Source: Eledone cirrhosa (Eukaryota). Taken from it: a stretch of 64,000 nt of DNA. Within the stretch, counting starts at the first letter, position 1, and every line of letters starts with the position of its first letter. The stretch is taken from the NCBI GenBank assembly GCA_964016885.1, contig CAXHJY010000158.1, positions 25,780 through 89,779 on the forward strand. The letters are read 5' to 3'. A program made the position numbers and the translations under genes. This document shows positions 13,618-28,011 of this stretch, one piece after another. The notes beneath the pieces were generated by a model, which was not told the DNA's origin, searched no databases, and worked only from the letters and a program-made list of their open reading frames with translations.

Positions 13618-16600
13618 ATATACTCATGTAATAGGTCGACTCCCTACTTTCTGTCCAGAAAGTTAGATTTTTCTCTGTACCTCATGTTAAAATTAGCCCT
13701 TGTTCTTCACAGACAACAAATCAATCAACATTTGTAAACCAAAATAATGTTATGATGAAGAAACTAATTTTTCTACACTATTAAGGTCTGATGTAGGCAA
13801 GTGGAAATATTTCTAAGAGTTGTGCAACCATAATTATGTGTTTTAATGTGTAGAAATATCGGTGTTATTACAGTTATTTATCATTTTTATTTAATTAGTC
13901 ATTTAGAGTCCATTTGGATTCCTGCTTATTGATATGATATTTTGGATGTTAGTGTGAATTTTAACCCCTCAAAAGTAGTACCCATGTAATAATTATCATA
14001 AATTTACCCCCCCCCCCCCCCAAAAAAAATCAGACTTTTACATGAGTGTATACAATAGTTACTTTGCACCAAATTGATCTTTGGGGTTATGTAGTATTAC
14101 TTATTATATCAGCAAATCAATGACATAAGTGCCTTTGTATCAGCTGTATTTGCCATAGATACAAGTTCTTAAACTTTACCCAACCAAAACTGCCTCTAGT
14201 TCTATGAAATATATGGCCCATTTAAAAGGGTTATCTAAATTAAAATTTTTCAACATTATCTGATATAAGAACTTTATATATACCATCTTAATGAAATAAT
14301 TTTACAAAATCTTTCCAAATTCTTCATTAATTAAATTCAATTAGTATTTTTGATTTGAAATATGATAACAAAAGAGAGGTCTTTTTTCAATAAAGGATAA
14401 ACATCAAACATCTGGTGGGGTTTTATTGTTGTTGTTGTTATTTAGCCTAAAGTTAGCTCTGATCAATCAGACCTTTCATCAAAGTATTCCAGCCATGAAC
14501 ATCCCACCTTATTTACGGACAATGCACAGTAGTAGTAGCAGCAGGAGCAACAACATATGTTTGCTTTGTTAGGGGAAGTTTATATTGTTTAGTACCATCA
14601 GAAACTGACGGTGGGAACAGTGATGCTTTGTCTATGGATTACTTGACTAATGAGAACTGCCTAAATAAGGAAAGGCTTCACACTTCACAGATGAATGAAT
14701 AAGAGTATGAAGGAAGATCATCTGACTGTAAAAAAACCCACTTCAGTCAATTTCATTATTCTGTGTTTTTATTATTTTTTAACATGATAAGGTATGGTGG
14801 CAGGAGAATTTGGCTGCTATTTCTAGTAGAGGAAGCAACCCTTTACAGGCTATCCGGTTGGCTCATCACCAATCCTATTTCCAGCATATGTACAGTTGTT
14901 GACTCTCTCTTTCCCTGTGTGTGTGTTCGAGTAGGTGTGTCACTAATTATAGGATGTCTGTGTAGGTGTGTCACATATGTATGCATGTGTACATGGGATT
15001 GTATTGGAGGAGAATGGTGGTTGTAGGTGTAGTGTGTATGAGTTAGTATGATGATTAAGTGTTAGCATTGTTGCTTAGATCTGGTTGCTATTTCTAGCGG
15101 ATCAAACAATCAGGTAGTAGAAGCGTAATGTGGTGGTGTGTGTTATCATCAGCTGTTTCACAAATGACTGGGTGGACAGGGTCTTATCTATGTGTTCATG
15201 TGGGTATATGCTTAGCAGTGATTTTGTTTAGCGCCAAATCAACCTTAATTGAGCGGAACTATGATCAAAGGTGTTCCAGTCATGACCATCCCATCATATT
15301 TTCAGACACTAGGTGAATCTATTACTTCTTAGGTGTCCTTCCCACTTTCTATGACAGTTGAGAATATGATTGGAATGTGGCTGCTATTTCCAGCAGCTCG
15401 AGCGATCACAGAGGTTCCCACAATTATGGTAATCATTGTGCCAGACAACAATCCAATGACCATGTATTCTATGCGTATCTACTGAATAGAGATGTGGTAG
15501 GTATGTGTTCGTGTGTCAGCTGCCTTTCTTCAGCCCTAGTTCAGGTTTCATTGAGTGGACAATGTTCAAGGGTAATCTAGACATGACCATTCCATCTTTT
15601 TTTTTTTCAGACATATATATATCTAGGACTATATTATTCTTTTTTTAGATGTATCTGACTATATTTTCCAAAGTATTATTTGCAGTGTGTCAAAACATGA
15701 CCTTGTTTTATAGGCCCAAACTAAAGCAATTAGGAGCCTCTACTACCTGCTTGCAAGAAGCTCAATGGAAATAAAAACTACATGAATGTAGGCTTACACA
15801 TAGAACTATGCTGAGATTGAAGCCTTGGTCCAGGCTGGCCTCTAAAACAAAGGTGGCACCCAAGAAAAAAAAAAATCTAATAACAATTACAATATTCTAA
15901 AGTTTGACAAAAATGTGTTTTATTGCTACACCTGGACAATGAAGCCCACTTATTCTATATGTAAAACCAATATTGTTGTCTAATGAATTGGTGTCATCAC
16001 ATTATATAGAGTAATAGTAAGTTTATATGTTGGAAAAAAAAAAAAAAGAGGATCAAATGTAGGTCATCTCGTGTATAAAGCCTGAATGTGGGTTAAAATC
16101 AGCACTGCAATGTGGGTCAATGCATGGAAAGGAAGCTAGGCCAATGCCCTGAAAATAGGACATACTGAGTTTAAGACAATGTGCTGTTAGAAACTGACAG
16201 CAAATCAATGTGCAAGCTAGTGACTACTGCACTTTAACAAGCTGTGTGTGTGTGTACGTACACATATACATAAATAAAAGGAAAGGAGATGATCATCAGA
16301 TTGGACCAATGGAACTATGTTCTCATTGGTCTTTCCACTGCTTACCATGACTACTTTTAATGATTTCCCAGGCAGGATTTGAAAGCAGAGCAGGAAGAGA
16401 CACAACAAAGTATTCTGCCAAATTCTTTAACAATTCAGCCAATTACATGCTCATAGATGGCTACTTTATTTATCGACCACAAAAGGATTAAAAACAAAAG
16501 TGACTTGGTAGGACTCGAACTTGGATTGTAGAGTTAGAATAAATATCCAGGCATTTAATCCGATGCCTGAACAACATACACAACTATATATACATACATA

Positions 16601-16755
16601 CACATATATATATATATATTCAACATTACAAAAAAATCAAAGTTAACAACTTAAAAAAAATCTATACATATATATATATTTGCTAGCAGGGAAAGCAGAT
16701 GTTAAAATGATGATGATGATATATATAGACACATACACACACATATATATAATTG

Positions 16756-16910
16756 TTTCTACTTTTGGCACAAGGCCAGAAATTACCCAGTGTATTACTG
16801 GTACTTTATTTTATCGACCCCGTAAGGATGAAAGGCAAAGTTAACTTCGGCGGGATTTGAACTCAGATTGTGGCAGTGTCCCAGTAGAGCTCCAGCCAAT
16901 CAGCTGGAAG
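16756..16910 (-). mobile_element. tRNA-derived SINE fragment (second family)
   Basis: ggtactttattttatcgaccccgtaaggatgaaaggcaaagttaacttcggcgggatttgaactcag (B box on the minus strand). Related pieces at 17659-17822 (+), 26166-26280 (+) and 56765-56882 (-). Confidence 0.65.
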
Positions 16911-16932
16911 AGGTAAAAGAGTATACATATAT

Positions 16933-16992
<60 letters not shown>

Positions 16993-17658
16993 AATATATA
17001 TTTGTGAAATGGGTGGTGGTTGAAATTCAGTTGTGCACGGTTAAATGGTAGCAGACGTGGTCGGACGGACATGAACACCTATGTAAAAAGTGCCAAGGAA
17101 GCATATAGACGAGGTTTCAAATCTCTAACTTGAAAAATGTGGTCCCTGGGGCCCCAAAACGGTCTATTTACTATCACGTTCGGTGAGTTATTTCCCCCTG
17201 TTCTAATACTTTTGTCTTATTTACAATTTCATACAAATAAAGCAGTAAATAAAGGATTAGGAGTTCATGCAATTGACTTATGTTTCGCCACTATATATAT
17301 ATATATATATATATATGAAAACGCTTTAATAAAAAAAAATATCAACTGTAATGTATGTATGCATGTATTTATATGAACGTGTGATTCTAAACGTCAGCAT
17401 GTATAAATAATGCAACATGTGATGACAGTAAACATGTGGGAATACCACCAAATACTTCAACACCAGTTCACAGAAAATATAACCTTATGTATATTTACAT
17501 GGTTGTTTAGTCCCAGATCAGCACTGATGGAACACCTATAGTAAAGGCATTCCAGCCATGACCATATCACCATTTCTTCTTCCTAACATAGTGTATTTAA
17601 GACTACATTATCCGATGTGTCATTTGTTTTTTTGTTTTTTTGAGATAGGGTATTATAA

Positions 17659-17822
17659 GGCAGCGAATTGGCAGAGTCATTAGAACATCAAACAGAATGC
17701 TTTATGGTATTTGTTCCAGCTCTCTGCCCTCTGAGTTTAAATCCTGCTGAGGTCAACTTCTTCGCATTTCATATTTTCGAGGTCGATAAAAAAAGGTACC
17801 AGTCTAGTACTGGGGTCGATTC
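17659..17822 (+). mobile_element. tRNA-derived SINE (second family), decayed
   Basis: A-box-like tggcagagtcattag and B-box-like gagtttaaatcc, followed by ggtcgataaaa…gtaccag…tactggggtcgat. Confidence 0.6.
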
Positions 17823-19180
17823 CTCCTCTATATCTCTTTCTCATTTCCTCACTCACACTTTCTTTCTCTGGAAGAAATCTGCTGTACTCAGGCATGGGCT
17901 TCACCAGGCTTAAAATACCCAAGAAACACTGTATGTCAATGTGGCACCCCCATGACTATCAGGAGTTACGGGAACATACATACATATCATAGAGAAAGAT
18001 TTAATTCTTATTCATAGCAGGTCAAAACACCAAAAATGTTTCCTTTGTTAGCACATGATGTGTACACTAAGTTTAGTAATGATCCATGTGAGAATATAGC
18101 ACACAAGTGTTGTGTTAGTGTGTACAATGACTACACATAGAGAGTAGGTAAATCAGCCCATCTCATGTAGCCCTCTTACCATATGTGTTCCAGCCATAAC
18201 CATCTTGTCTTTTTGTATATCCAGAACTAGACTGTCCTATGTACCTACTTTATTTAAGACATTAAAGATGATATAAGGGAGAAAGACTTGGCTGATATTG
18301 CCAGCAGGTTGATCCATCACATAGAGATTCCATTATTGGGTTGTAGTGAGGTAGGAGTATGCAAATAGATGTGATATCAGATTTTGTATCAGCTGACAGG
18401 TGACTGAGGTGGCCAATGTTTTATCTATTTACAGCTTAGTCAGATGTGGAAATATTTGCACCCATAGCTTTTGCAGTTTAAGGAAGTAATCTCAGACAAA
18501 ATACCTGGTTAAGTGGACAGTTCCACTACAAGAATTCATGGGTCAGGTGGAGGTGCTAGACAGAGTGACAAATTGAGTCAAGTCTCTTCGCTCAAAGAAC
18601 AGGTACAGTTTCTCTAAAGAGCTTTTACACAGTTGCCATCATCACAATTTTACTTAGAATACTTGAGACTATGGTAGGAAATGGTTACCCAAAATTTTGA
18701 GCAGGAGATAGTACCTAGAACCATGTGATTGCCAAGTGAACTTCCTATTGATACTGATCAATACAATATATTAACACTGGCTTTTATGTAAAAAAAAATT
18801 ATGCATATGGCAAAATCAACTAAGCCACCAGCCTCCATAGAGTATGTTTTAATGCCAGGTAAACCTAGGACAAAAACCGTTCCAAACATACCAAGTCTGT
18901 CTTCTAGTATATCTAGGACTAGATATCCCAATGTGTCCACCCTATTTTTAAAGAGGGTAGAATATGCTTTGAGGGAAATTTGGTCATTATTTTTGTTGTA
19001 GAATTTCATGAATACCATAAAATTTCAATGTGTGTGCAAGAGTGTGTAGTTATGTTTTAAATGTCCTCACAATTAGTAGTGGCATATAAAAATTTCAATA
19101 TCTCTATATACAATAACACCAGCACGCCCATATCATTCCATAGCAAGCATCAATCTAACTTACCCACCAACACCATCATC

Positions 19181-21690
19181 AAGCAGATGTGCGAGGCTTT
19201 TCAAAAGCACTTTGCCGGATTGTTCGGAAGGGGCGGGGACCCGGTTGGGGATGTGGACTTCGGTCCATACCTCAACGGCCTGCTGCGTCTCTCGGACAGG
19301 GAGGTGAAGTCCTGCGAGGAGCCAATTTCAGCCACTGAGATAGAGGACATGCTGAGCCAATGCGGCAAACGCAAATCCTCAGGTCTCGATGGTCTTCCAT
19401 ATAAACTATATCTAGCTATGCCGGACTTGTTCCCCGATCTCCTCGAGGCGGTCTACTGCAACTGGCAACAGAACGGGAGAATTCCCTGTGCTGTGACCAA
19501 GGGCGTAGTCACGCTAGTGAGGAAGGACGAGAACAAGGGGGACAATATAAATAATTTAAGGCCCATAACTCTGCTAAATACAGAGTTACAGATTTTGGCC
19601 AAGAGGTTGGCGCTTGTCGTGGGTAACCTGGTGAGAGATGCGCAGACATGTGCTATCCTGTCCAGGTCCATCCACGACAACCTCCACCTCATGCGATACA
19701 TCATAGAGAGGGTTGGGAACGAACCCGGCTTTGGTGGGGCCCTGATCAACTTGGATCAATCTAAGGTATTCGATAGGGTCGACCATGGTTACCTGGATGC
19801 GGTGCTAGCGGCGGCAGGCTTCGGACCCGTTTTCAGGGGCTGGATCAATGCCATGCACAGCAGCCGCATTTGCTCTAGGGTCAAGGTGAACGGCTACCTC
19901 TCGGAGCCGTTCGAAATCGCGCGGTCCATCCGACAGAGGTGCCCTCTCTCCTCCCTTCTGTATGTAGTGACTCTAGAGCCACTGCTGCGGAAGTTAGAGT
20001 TGTTGCAGGGCATCCCGTTGGAACCGGGATTGCGGAAAGCGGTGTCGGCCTACGCCGACGACATTACAATAATGGTGTCTACGGCCTTGGAAATCGGGGC
20101 GATTGGCACCTTACTGGAGGAGTACGAAAGGTTTACAGGGGCTAAGCTGAACCGGGACAAGTCGATCGGTCTGCAACTCGGTACGTGGAGGGGCAGATCG
20201 ATGCCCTCCGATGGCGTCGTCGGGCGCTGGACGGAGGACCCGGTGAAGTTGCTTGGGGTCTGGTTCGGACCAGACCTCCAGGTGGAGAAGAACTGGGGTG
20301 AGGTAATGAACAGGGTGTTTGCATTGACCCAGAAGTGGGCCGAGTGCAAACTGTCCCTGAAAGGTCGGGCGGAGGTGGCAAACACTTATATAGCATCCGT
20401 CATCTACTACCGCCTGACCGTTGTGCCTTGCCCAAGGGAAACGCTCGCCAAAATGGAGCGCGCACTCTTCCAATTCCTTTGGAAGAAGCGGGCTCCTATG
20501 GTGAGGAGATCCATCTGCTGTCAACACCCTTCGAAAGGAGGGCTGGGAATGCCGTGGCAAATGATACATAAACACGCATTAAGGCTACAGCACCTCCAGG
20601 TATTCCTCTCCGGTCAACCGGTGTGGGCTCCGTTTGTGAGGCGAGTCCTTCCCAGACTCGTCTCACTCACCGAGCTGCAATCCTGGGTCAAGCAAAGACC
20701 GAGAAAACTGGGCGCCTGGCACACCGAGTGTGCCCAGGCGCTTACGGCTCTCTGGCAGGCAGACCCGACTGTCAGTGGAGAATCCACCTCGTCATTCTAT
20801 AGAGGGCTGGTGGTTAGCAGGTGCGACGACGCACTCGGAGAAGCCCTAGGCATGGAGGAAGACGAACTGGCCAACCTGTTCGGTAGGACATTCAGCCTGG
20901 GACCCATGGATAACTTCCAGAGGTCCCTGGCCTGGCAGTGCTACAGAAGGGCTCTGCCCGTTCGAGAAAGGCTCTACAGACACGGGCGCCCGGGTAGGGA
21001 CCCCTCGAAAAAGATCCCAGATGCGTCTGCGACGAGGAAACCGTTGCTCACGCATTGGTACACTGCTCGGGCATTGCTGATCTGTAGGGCTATGTCGAAC
21101 AACTGCTGTCAAGGGTGGGACCGATCCGGTTGACCACCGAGTCTATTGTAACGATCAAGCCGCCTCCCCTCTTCAAAAACGAAGGAGAGGCGGTGTTTCT
21201 GTGCGTAATAGCCATGGCGAAAGAGGTTGTATGGTGGACAAGTCTGAAAGGACTGAGGTCAGACACCTTTCTCTCTGGCCAACAACTGGTCCGTTTCTTC
21301 CGATATCATTTCGGAAGAAGGATCGGGATGGAGAGAGAGGTGTTGCACCCCAGCCGTTTTTATGAAAGATGGGTGAAAGTGGCGAGAATGGCCCGTGTGA
21401 ATGGGCCTTCACTCTACATAAGACTATAGGTGAGGAAGATGAAAGACCAAGGGAGCACCCCTTCTCTGTGCTCCTGAGGAAAAGGGTTGCACACTTTTTT
21501 CGGGGGTGTGTGCGACCCCCCCAAGGCGCCTCCTCTCTATTGAGGATTTTGTTATATATTTTATTCTGTTATATTTTATTTTATTCTTATATTTTGTTAT
21601 TGCCTCCTCCTTATTGAGGAGGCCTTTTTGTGTAAACTCCCCCCATTGTACTTGTCCCACTTTTGATGCCCTGGTGGCAAATAAAAGAAA
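19181..21690 (+). mobile_element. L1/Tx1-clade LINE, 5'-truncated ORF2 (RT + C-terminal Zn knuckle)
   Basis: Motifs SGLDGLP, RPITLLN, LDQSKVFDRVDH, RQRCPLS, YADD, KLLGVWF and PSKGGLG. A frameshifted PRCVCDEETVAHALVHC knuckle lies at ~21017-21066 and the frame continues in ORF 21115-21429. T-rich 3'UTR ending AATAAAAGAAA. GC-rich relative to its flanks. Confidence 0.9.
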
Positions 21691-21706
21691 CATATATATA
21701 TATATC

Positions 21707-21740
<34 letters not shown>

Positions 21741-21743
<3 letters not shown>

Positions 21744-24054
21744 AAGAACGGAGGGAGCAGGGTACATTACATAGAGACCAAGAGGGAAGCTAGGCGACAA
21801 GTACACTTAGCTAGGAGGGAAGCAGAGGATAGAAAATTCAAGCATGTTTTGCAACGTGAGGACCAGAAACAGGAGGTATTCAAGATTGCGAGGCAGTGTG
21901 TCAGAGATAGTTGTGATGTCATTGGAGAGAAGTGTATCCGGAATGATAAAGGTGAGCTTGCCCTCACAAGTGCTGAGAAGAAAGATGCATGGAAGAGTCA
22001 TTATGATAGATTACTAAATGAGGAGAATGCATGGGAAGAAGAGACCCTACCCCAAGTAGACCCTATAGAGGGGCCAGCAGTACAAGTCAGCAGCAACGTA
22101 GTAAGGCAATCAAAGATATGAAGATGGGGAAGGCAACCGGTCCATCGGGTATAGCTGCCGAGATGCTGAAGGCATCTGGGTCTGTAGGTCACACTATAAC
22201 CACACGTATTGTTAACCAGGTAATACTAGAAGGTGTCATACCAAAAGATTGGTGCAGTAGCATCATTGTCAACTGCTACAAAGGTAAAGGCGATGCACTA
22301 GATAGAGGAAACTATAGAGGTATAAAGTTGATGGACCAGGTCATGAAAGTAACAGAAAGAGTTATAGCACAGTTGATTAGGGACCGGGTGAAAATAGACG
22401 AGATGCAATTTGGGTTTGTACCAGGAAGGGGCACCACTGATGCCCTCTTCCTTGTGAGGCAATTACAGGAAAAGTACCTAGCTAAAAGTAAGCCACTCTA
22501 CTTGGCATTTGTCGACCTTGAGAAAGCCTTTGACAGAGTTCCACGTGCTGTAATCTGGTGGGCTCTTAGAAAACTAGGAGTAGATGAATGGCTTGTGAAA
22601 GCGGTACAAGCCATGTATAGGGGAGCAGTCAGCAAAGTTAGGATTAGCAATGAGTATAGCGAGGAATTTAGCGTACAGGTTGGGGTCCACCAGGGCTCTG
22701 TTCTTAGCCCCCTCCTGTTCATCATAGTCCTGCAGGCAATAACGGAGGAGTTTAAGACCGGATGCTCATGGGAACTCCTGTATGCTGATGACCTCGCGCT
22801 TATAGCTGAATCTATGGTAGAACTAGAGAATAAATTCCAAACTTGGAAGCTGGGACTAGAAAGAAAGGGTCTCAAAGTCAACATGACAAAGACTAAGGTC
22901 CTTGTAAGTAGACGAGAAAACAGAACCCAGATCCCATCAGGGAAATGGCCTTGCTCAGTATGTAGGAAGGTGTAGGTAGGAACACCATTCTCTGCCCCAA
23001 ATGAAAACAATGGGTACACAAGAGATGTAACGGGATCTCAGGAAGCTTAATTAAGAATGTAGGCTTCACATGCAGCAGCTGTGCTGAGACAGCAAGCAGC
23101 AAACAGCCACATGAAACAAGTACCACCAATCTCTGGGAGGGCTCTGTAGAAACAGTAGACAGCTTCTGATACCTAGGTGACCGAATTAGCAGCGGCGGTG
23201 GGTGTTCAGAAAGTACAATAACTAGGGTAAGAATAGGATGGAAGAAGTTTAGGGAACTACTACCACTGCTAGCTGCAAAAGGCTTCTCCCTCAGAATGAA
23301 AGGCAGACTGTATGATGCGTGTATCCGAACAGCAATGTTGCATGGTAGTGAGACCTGGGCGCTGAAGGTGGAATACTTACGTAGATTAGAGAGAAACGAA
23401 GCCTGCATGCTCCGATTGATGTGTAACAGTAATATACGTGAACGATAAAGCATAAATGAATTGAGAGAGAGACTGAGCATAAGAGGAATCAAATGCTGTG
23501 TGCAGGAGAGGCGGTTGCACTGGTATGGACATCTGATGTGTATGAAGGATGACAGCTGCATAAAAAGGTGCAGAGCAGTAGAAGTTGATGGAAACCGCGG
23601 TGTGGGGAGACCCAAGATGAACTGGGATGAGGTGATAAAAGCCGACCTTACCCAATTACACCTCTCAAAGGCAATGACACACGACCGTGACTTCTGGCGT
23701 CACGCAGTAATACAGAGTACCGGACCTCCCATGGGTACAAGCTGAAGCATATAGACAATATGCCCCCACACCCCCCACCGGTAGGTGGTCGTGGAGGTGC
23801 CACAGCAAAAAATCACCCAGCCCACACTGTAAAGTGGACGTGTAGGCGCCACGAAAAACACCCAGCACTCACTGTAAATGAGGTTGGTGTTAGGAAGGGC
23901 ATCCAGCTGTAGAAATCAAGCCAAATCAGTTCCTGTATGAGCAAGGCATGGTCAGCGAACAAGACACTGCCCACAACAGGAAAACCCGTCTAACCCATAC
24001 TAGCGTGGAAGAACGGACGTAAAACGGTGATGATCATATTGATGATGATGATGA
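21741..24054 (+). mobile_element. RTE family B, 5'-truncated degenerate copy
   Basis: Colinear with 8394-10738 in opposite orientation; frameshifts and stops near 22100, 22970, 23002 and 23168; (GAT)n tail. Confidence 0.93.
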
Positions 24055-24075
24055 TCTATATATATATATAAATAT

Positions 24076-24395
24076 GGAGGCACATGGCTTAGTGGTTAGA
24101 GCATTGGCCTTGCAATCGAAAGGTTGTGAGTTCAATTCTCAGACAGGGTGATGTGTTGTTTCCTTGAGCAAAACACTTTATTTCACATTGCTCCAGTTTA
24201 CTCAGCTGTAGAAATAAGATGATAGGGAGTGGGGTCCATATCATTCCACTGCAAAGTGGTCGTGGAGGTGCCACGACAAAAAAGCCCCCAGCACTCACTG
24301 TAAATGAGGTTGGTGTTAGGAATCAGCCAAAATCAGTTCCCGTCCCACCCTTGCAAGCAGGGAAAAAAGTGGACGTAAAATGAAATGATGATGAT
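24076..24395 (+). mobile_element. tRNA-headed SINE with RTE-type 3' tail
   Basis: A box TGGCTTAGTGG and B box GAGTTCAATTC. The body ends cccacccttgcaagcagggaaaaaagtggacgtaaaatgaaatgatgat, matching the 3' terminus of RTE family C. Confidence 0.88.
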
Positions 24396-24469
24396 ATTTA
24401 TATATATATATATATCTAAATATATATATATATATATATATATCTAAATATATATATATATATCTGAAT

Positions 24470-24500
<31 letters not shown>

Positions 24501-24502
24501 AA

Positions 24503-24535
<33 letters not shown>

Positions 24536-24558
24536 AATATATATATATATATCTAAAT

Positions 24559-24590
<32 letters not shown>

Positions 24591-24672
24591 CTAAATATAT
24601 ATATATCTAAATATATATATATAACTAAATATATATATATATATCTGAATATATATATATATATAAATATAA

Positions 24673-24708
<36 letters not shown>

Positions 24709-24710
24709 AA

Positions 24711-24742
<32 letters not shown>

Positions 24743-24833
24743 CTAAATACATATATATATCTAAATATATATATATCGAAATATATATATATATATATAT
24801 ATCAAAATATATATATATATATATCGAAATATA

Positions 24834-25225
24834 CATCATCATCATCATCATTTCATTTTACGTCCGCTTTTCCCTGCTTGCAAGGGTGGGACGGGAACTG
24901 ATTCTGGCTTGATTTCTACAGCTGGATGCCCTTCCTAACACCAACCTCATTTACAGTGAGTGCTGGGTGCTTTTTTGCCGTGGCACCTCCACGACCACTT
25001 TACAGTGTGGGCTGGGTGCTTTTTTGCCGTGGCACCTCCACGACACTTTGCAGTGGAATGATATGGACCCAGTCCCTATCATCTCATTTCTACAGCTGGG
25101 TAAACTGGAGCAATGTGAAATAAAGTGACTTGCTCAAGGAAACAACACATCACCCGGTCTGAGAATTGAACTCACAACCTTTCGATTGCAAGGCCAATGC
25201 TCTAACCACTAAGCCATGTGCCCCC
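24834..25225 (-). mobile_element. tRNA-headed SINE with RTE-type 3' tail (longest copy)
   Basis: Reverse-complement relative of 24076-24395, with an extra internal ~48-bp subrepeat and the aggaagggcatccagctgtagaaa motif. Confidence 0.88.
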
Positions 25226-25287
25226 ATATCGAAATATATATATATATATCGAAATATACATATATATCGAAATATATATATATCAAA

Positions 25288-25324
<37 letters not shown>

Positions 25325-26165
25325 ATCATCATCATCGTTTAACGTCCATGTTCCACGCTTGCATGGGTTTGGACGGGAGTTTTCCCACTTGAGGCAAGAG
25401 TGGTTGTCTTGCTCGCATAGGACTGTCTGGCGGGTTTTCTACAGCTGGATGCTCTACCTAACACCAACCACATTTACAGTGTGGGACTGGGAGGTTTTTA
25501 CGTGTTGCCTACACGCCCACATTACAGCGTGGACTGTGTGTTTTTTTGTCGTGACACCTACACGATCTCATTTGTTTCGGCCTGGATGTTGTGGCACCAA
25601 CATAACTTTACATTGAAAGGGGTGGTAAGGCGGGTCTTCTCTATTACTGAGAACCGCCAAAGATCTCGGTCCAGTGACATTGTCTTGGGGAGGTGTAAGT
25701 GTGTGAGGTCGGAATTTATCAGGTCGTCCCAGGTTTTTCTGGGCCTGCTTACTCCGTGGCTACCGTCTATCTTTATTGCCCTGCACTTTGTTATACAGCT
25801 GTCGTCTTTCATGCGCATCACGTGACCATACCAACGTAGCCTTCTCTCGAGTAAACAACATCTGATACCTCTTATTTCTAATTTTTTCCTTAGTTCGTTT
25901 ATGCTTTGCCGTTCACGTATATTACTATTACACATCCAGCGGAGCATGCAAGCTTCGTTCCTCTCTAGTCTGCGTATATCCTCTGCACACAATGCCCAGG
26001 TCTCACTGCCATGCAACATTGCTGTTCGCATGCAGGCATCATACAACCTGCCTTTCATTTTTAGGGAGAACCCTTTAGCGGCTAATAGTGGTATAAGCTC
26101 TGAACTTTTTCCATCCAGTTCTGACTCTAGCTACTGTACTTTCAGAGCACACTCCCCCACTGCTG
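25325..26165 (-). mobile_element. RTE family A, 3' fragment with 3'UTR deletion
   Basis: ORF 25558-26058 matches the family A C-terminus; tail present. Confidence 0.92.
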
Positions 26166-26279
26166 GTCAACTTTGCCTTTCATCTTGCCAGGGTCGATAA
26201 AATAAGTACAAATCAAGTACAGGGGGCGATATGATCGATTTTTCCCTTCCTCCCCAAATTGCCGTCCTTTTGCCTAAAT

Positions 26280-26321
<42 letters not shown>

Positions 26322-26376
26322 TATATAGTAATAATAATATATTTGAAAACTAAAATCCAAAGAGGGCTCGATAAGG

Positions 26377-26438
<62 letters not shown>

Positions 26439-26443
26439 ATATA

Positions 26444-27109
26444 ATCATCATCAACGTATAACGTCCGTGTTCCACGCTTGCATGGGTTTGGACGGGGGTT
26501 TTCCCACTTGAGGCAAGAGTGATTGTCTTGCTCGCATAGGACTGTCTGGCGGGTTTTCTACAGCTGGATGCCCTTCCTAACACCAACCACATTTACAGTG
26601 TGGGGCTGGGAGGTTTTTACCGTGTTGCCTACACGGCCACATTACAGCGTGGACTGTGTGTTTTTTTGTCGTGACACCTACACGATCTCATTTGTTTCGG
26701 CCTGGATGTTGTGGCACCAACATAACTTTACATTGAATGGGGCGGTGTGGATGGGGTGGGGGTGGTGGGACGGAGGTGTATTTTGTTAGAGATGCCTACT
26801 GACTGTAGTAGGTTTTACTTTGTATTTAGGTAAGGCGGGTCTTCTCTATTACTGAGTACCGCCAAAGGTCTCGGTCCAGTGACATTGTCTTGGAGAGGTG
26901 TAAGTGTGTGAGGTCGGAATTTATCAGCTCGGGTTTTTCTGGGTCTGCCTACTCCGTGGCTACCGTCTATCTTTATTGCCCTGCACTTTGTTATACAGCT
27001 ATCGTCTTTCATACGCATCACGTGACCATACCAACGTAGCCTTCTCTCGAGTAAACAACATCTGATCCCTCTTATTTCTAATTTTTTCCTTAGTTCATTT
27101 ATGCTTTGC
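26444..27109 (-). mobile_element. RTE family A, 3' fragment
   Basis: ORF end, 3'UTR and tail match the full-length copy. Confidence 0.92.
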
Positions 27110-27114
27110 ATATA

Positions 27115-27892
27115 TCATCATCAACGTTTAACGTCCTTGTTCCACGCTTGCATGGGTTTGGACGGGAGTTTTCCCACTTGAGGCAAGAGTGATTGTCTTG
27201 CTCGCATAGGACTGTCTGGCAGGTTTTCTACAGTTGGATGCCCTTCCTAACACCAACCACATTTACAGTGTGGGTCTGGGAGGTTTTTACCGTGTTGCCT
27301 ACACAGCCACATTACAGCGTGGACTGTTTGTTTTTTTGTCATGACACCTACACGATCTCATTTGTTTCGGCCTGGATGGTGTGGCACCAACATAACTTTA
27401 CATAGAAGGGGGCGGTGTGGATGGGGTGGGAGTGGTGGGACGGGGGTGTATTTTGTTAGAGATGCCTACTGACTGTAGTAGGTTTTACTATTACTATGTA
27501 TTTAGGTAAGGCGGGTCTTCTCTATTACTGAGTACTGCCAAAGGTCTCGGTCCAGTGACATTGTCTTAGAGAGTTGTAAGTCTGTGAGGTCGGAGTTTAT
27601 CAGCTCGTCCCAGGTTTTTCTAGGTCTGCCTATTCCGTAGCTACCGTCTATCTTTATTGCCCTGCACTTTGTTATACAGCTATCGACTTTCATGCGTATC
27701 ACGTGTCCATACCAACGTAGCCTTCTCTCGAGTAAACAACATCTGATCCCTCTTATTTCTAATTTTTTCCTTAGTTCGTTTATGCTTTGCCGTTCACGTA
27801 TATTACTATTACACATCCAGCGGAGCATGAAGCTTCGTTCCTCTCTAGTCTGCGTATATCCTCTGCACACAATGCCAAGGTCTCACTGCCAT
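27115..27892 (-). mobile_element. RTE family A, 3' fragment
   Basis: ORF end, 3'UTR and tail; head-to-tail with the previous copy, separated by a few TA bases. Confidence 0.92.
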
Positions 27893-28011
27893 ATATATAA
27901 ATATATTTATATATATAAATATATATATTTATATATTTATATATAAATATATTTATATATATAAATATATGTATATATAAATATATATATATAAATATAT
28001 ATATATAAATA

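Larger units (their letters stand above)
14430..19010. repeat. Cluster of old dispersed-repeat fragments (family with …aaaggcattccagccatgaccatcc… and …ggctgctatttctagc… motifs)
   Basis: The motifs recur at ~14460-14510, 14800-14850, 15255-15420, 15540-15640, 17510-17620, 18185-18330 and 18850-19000, and also ~5130-5235, 12240-12365 (-) and 52360-52500 (-). Class not determined. Confidence 0.55.

Noticed and set aside
19061-19180. ATG-initiated N-terminal extension making the Tx1 RT a 690-aa 'gene' (likewise 10739-10776 for RTE-B)
   Set aside because: Flanking sequence that happens to be in frame with a 5'-truncated element; no evidence of domestication.
24076-24150. tRNA gene candidates (A/B boxes; also 25150-25225 and 44136-44210)
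   Set aside because: No complete cloverleaf or terminator, and each continues into a SINE body and LINE-type tail.
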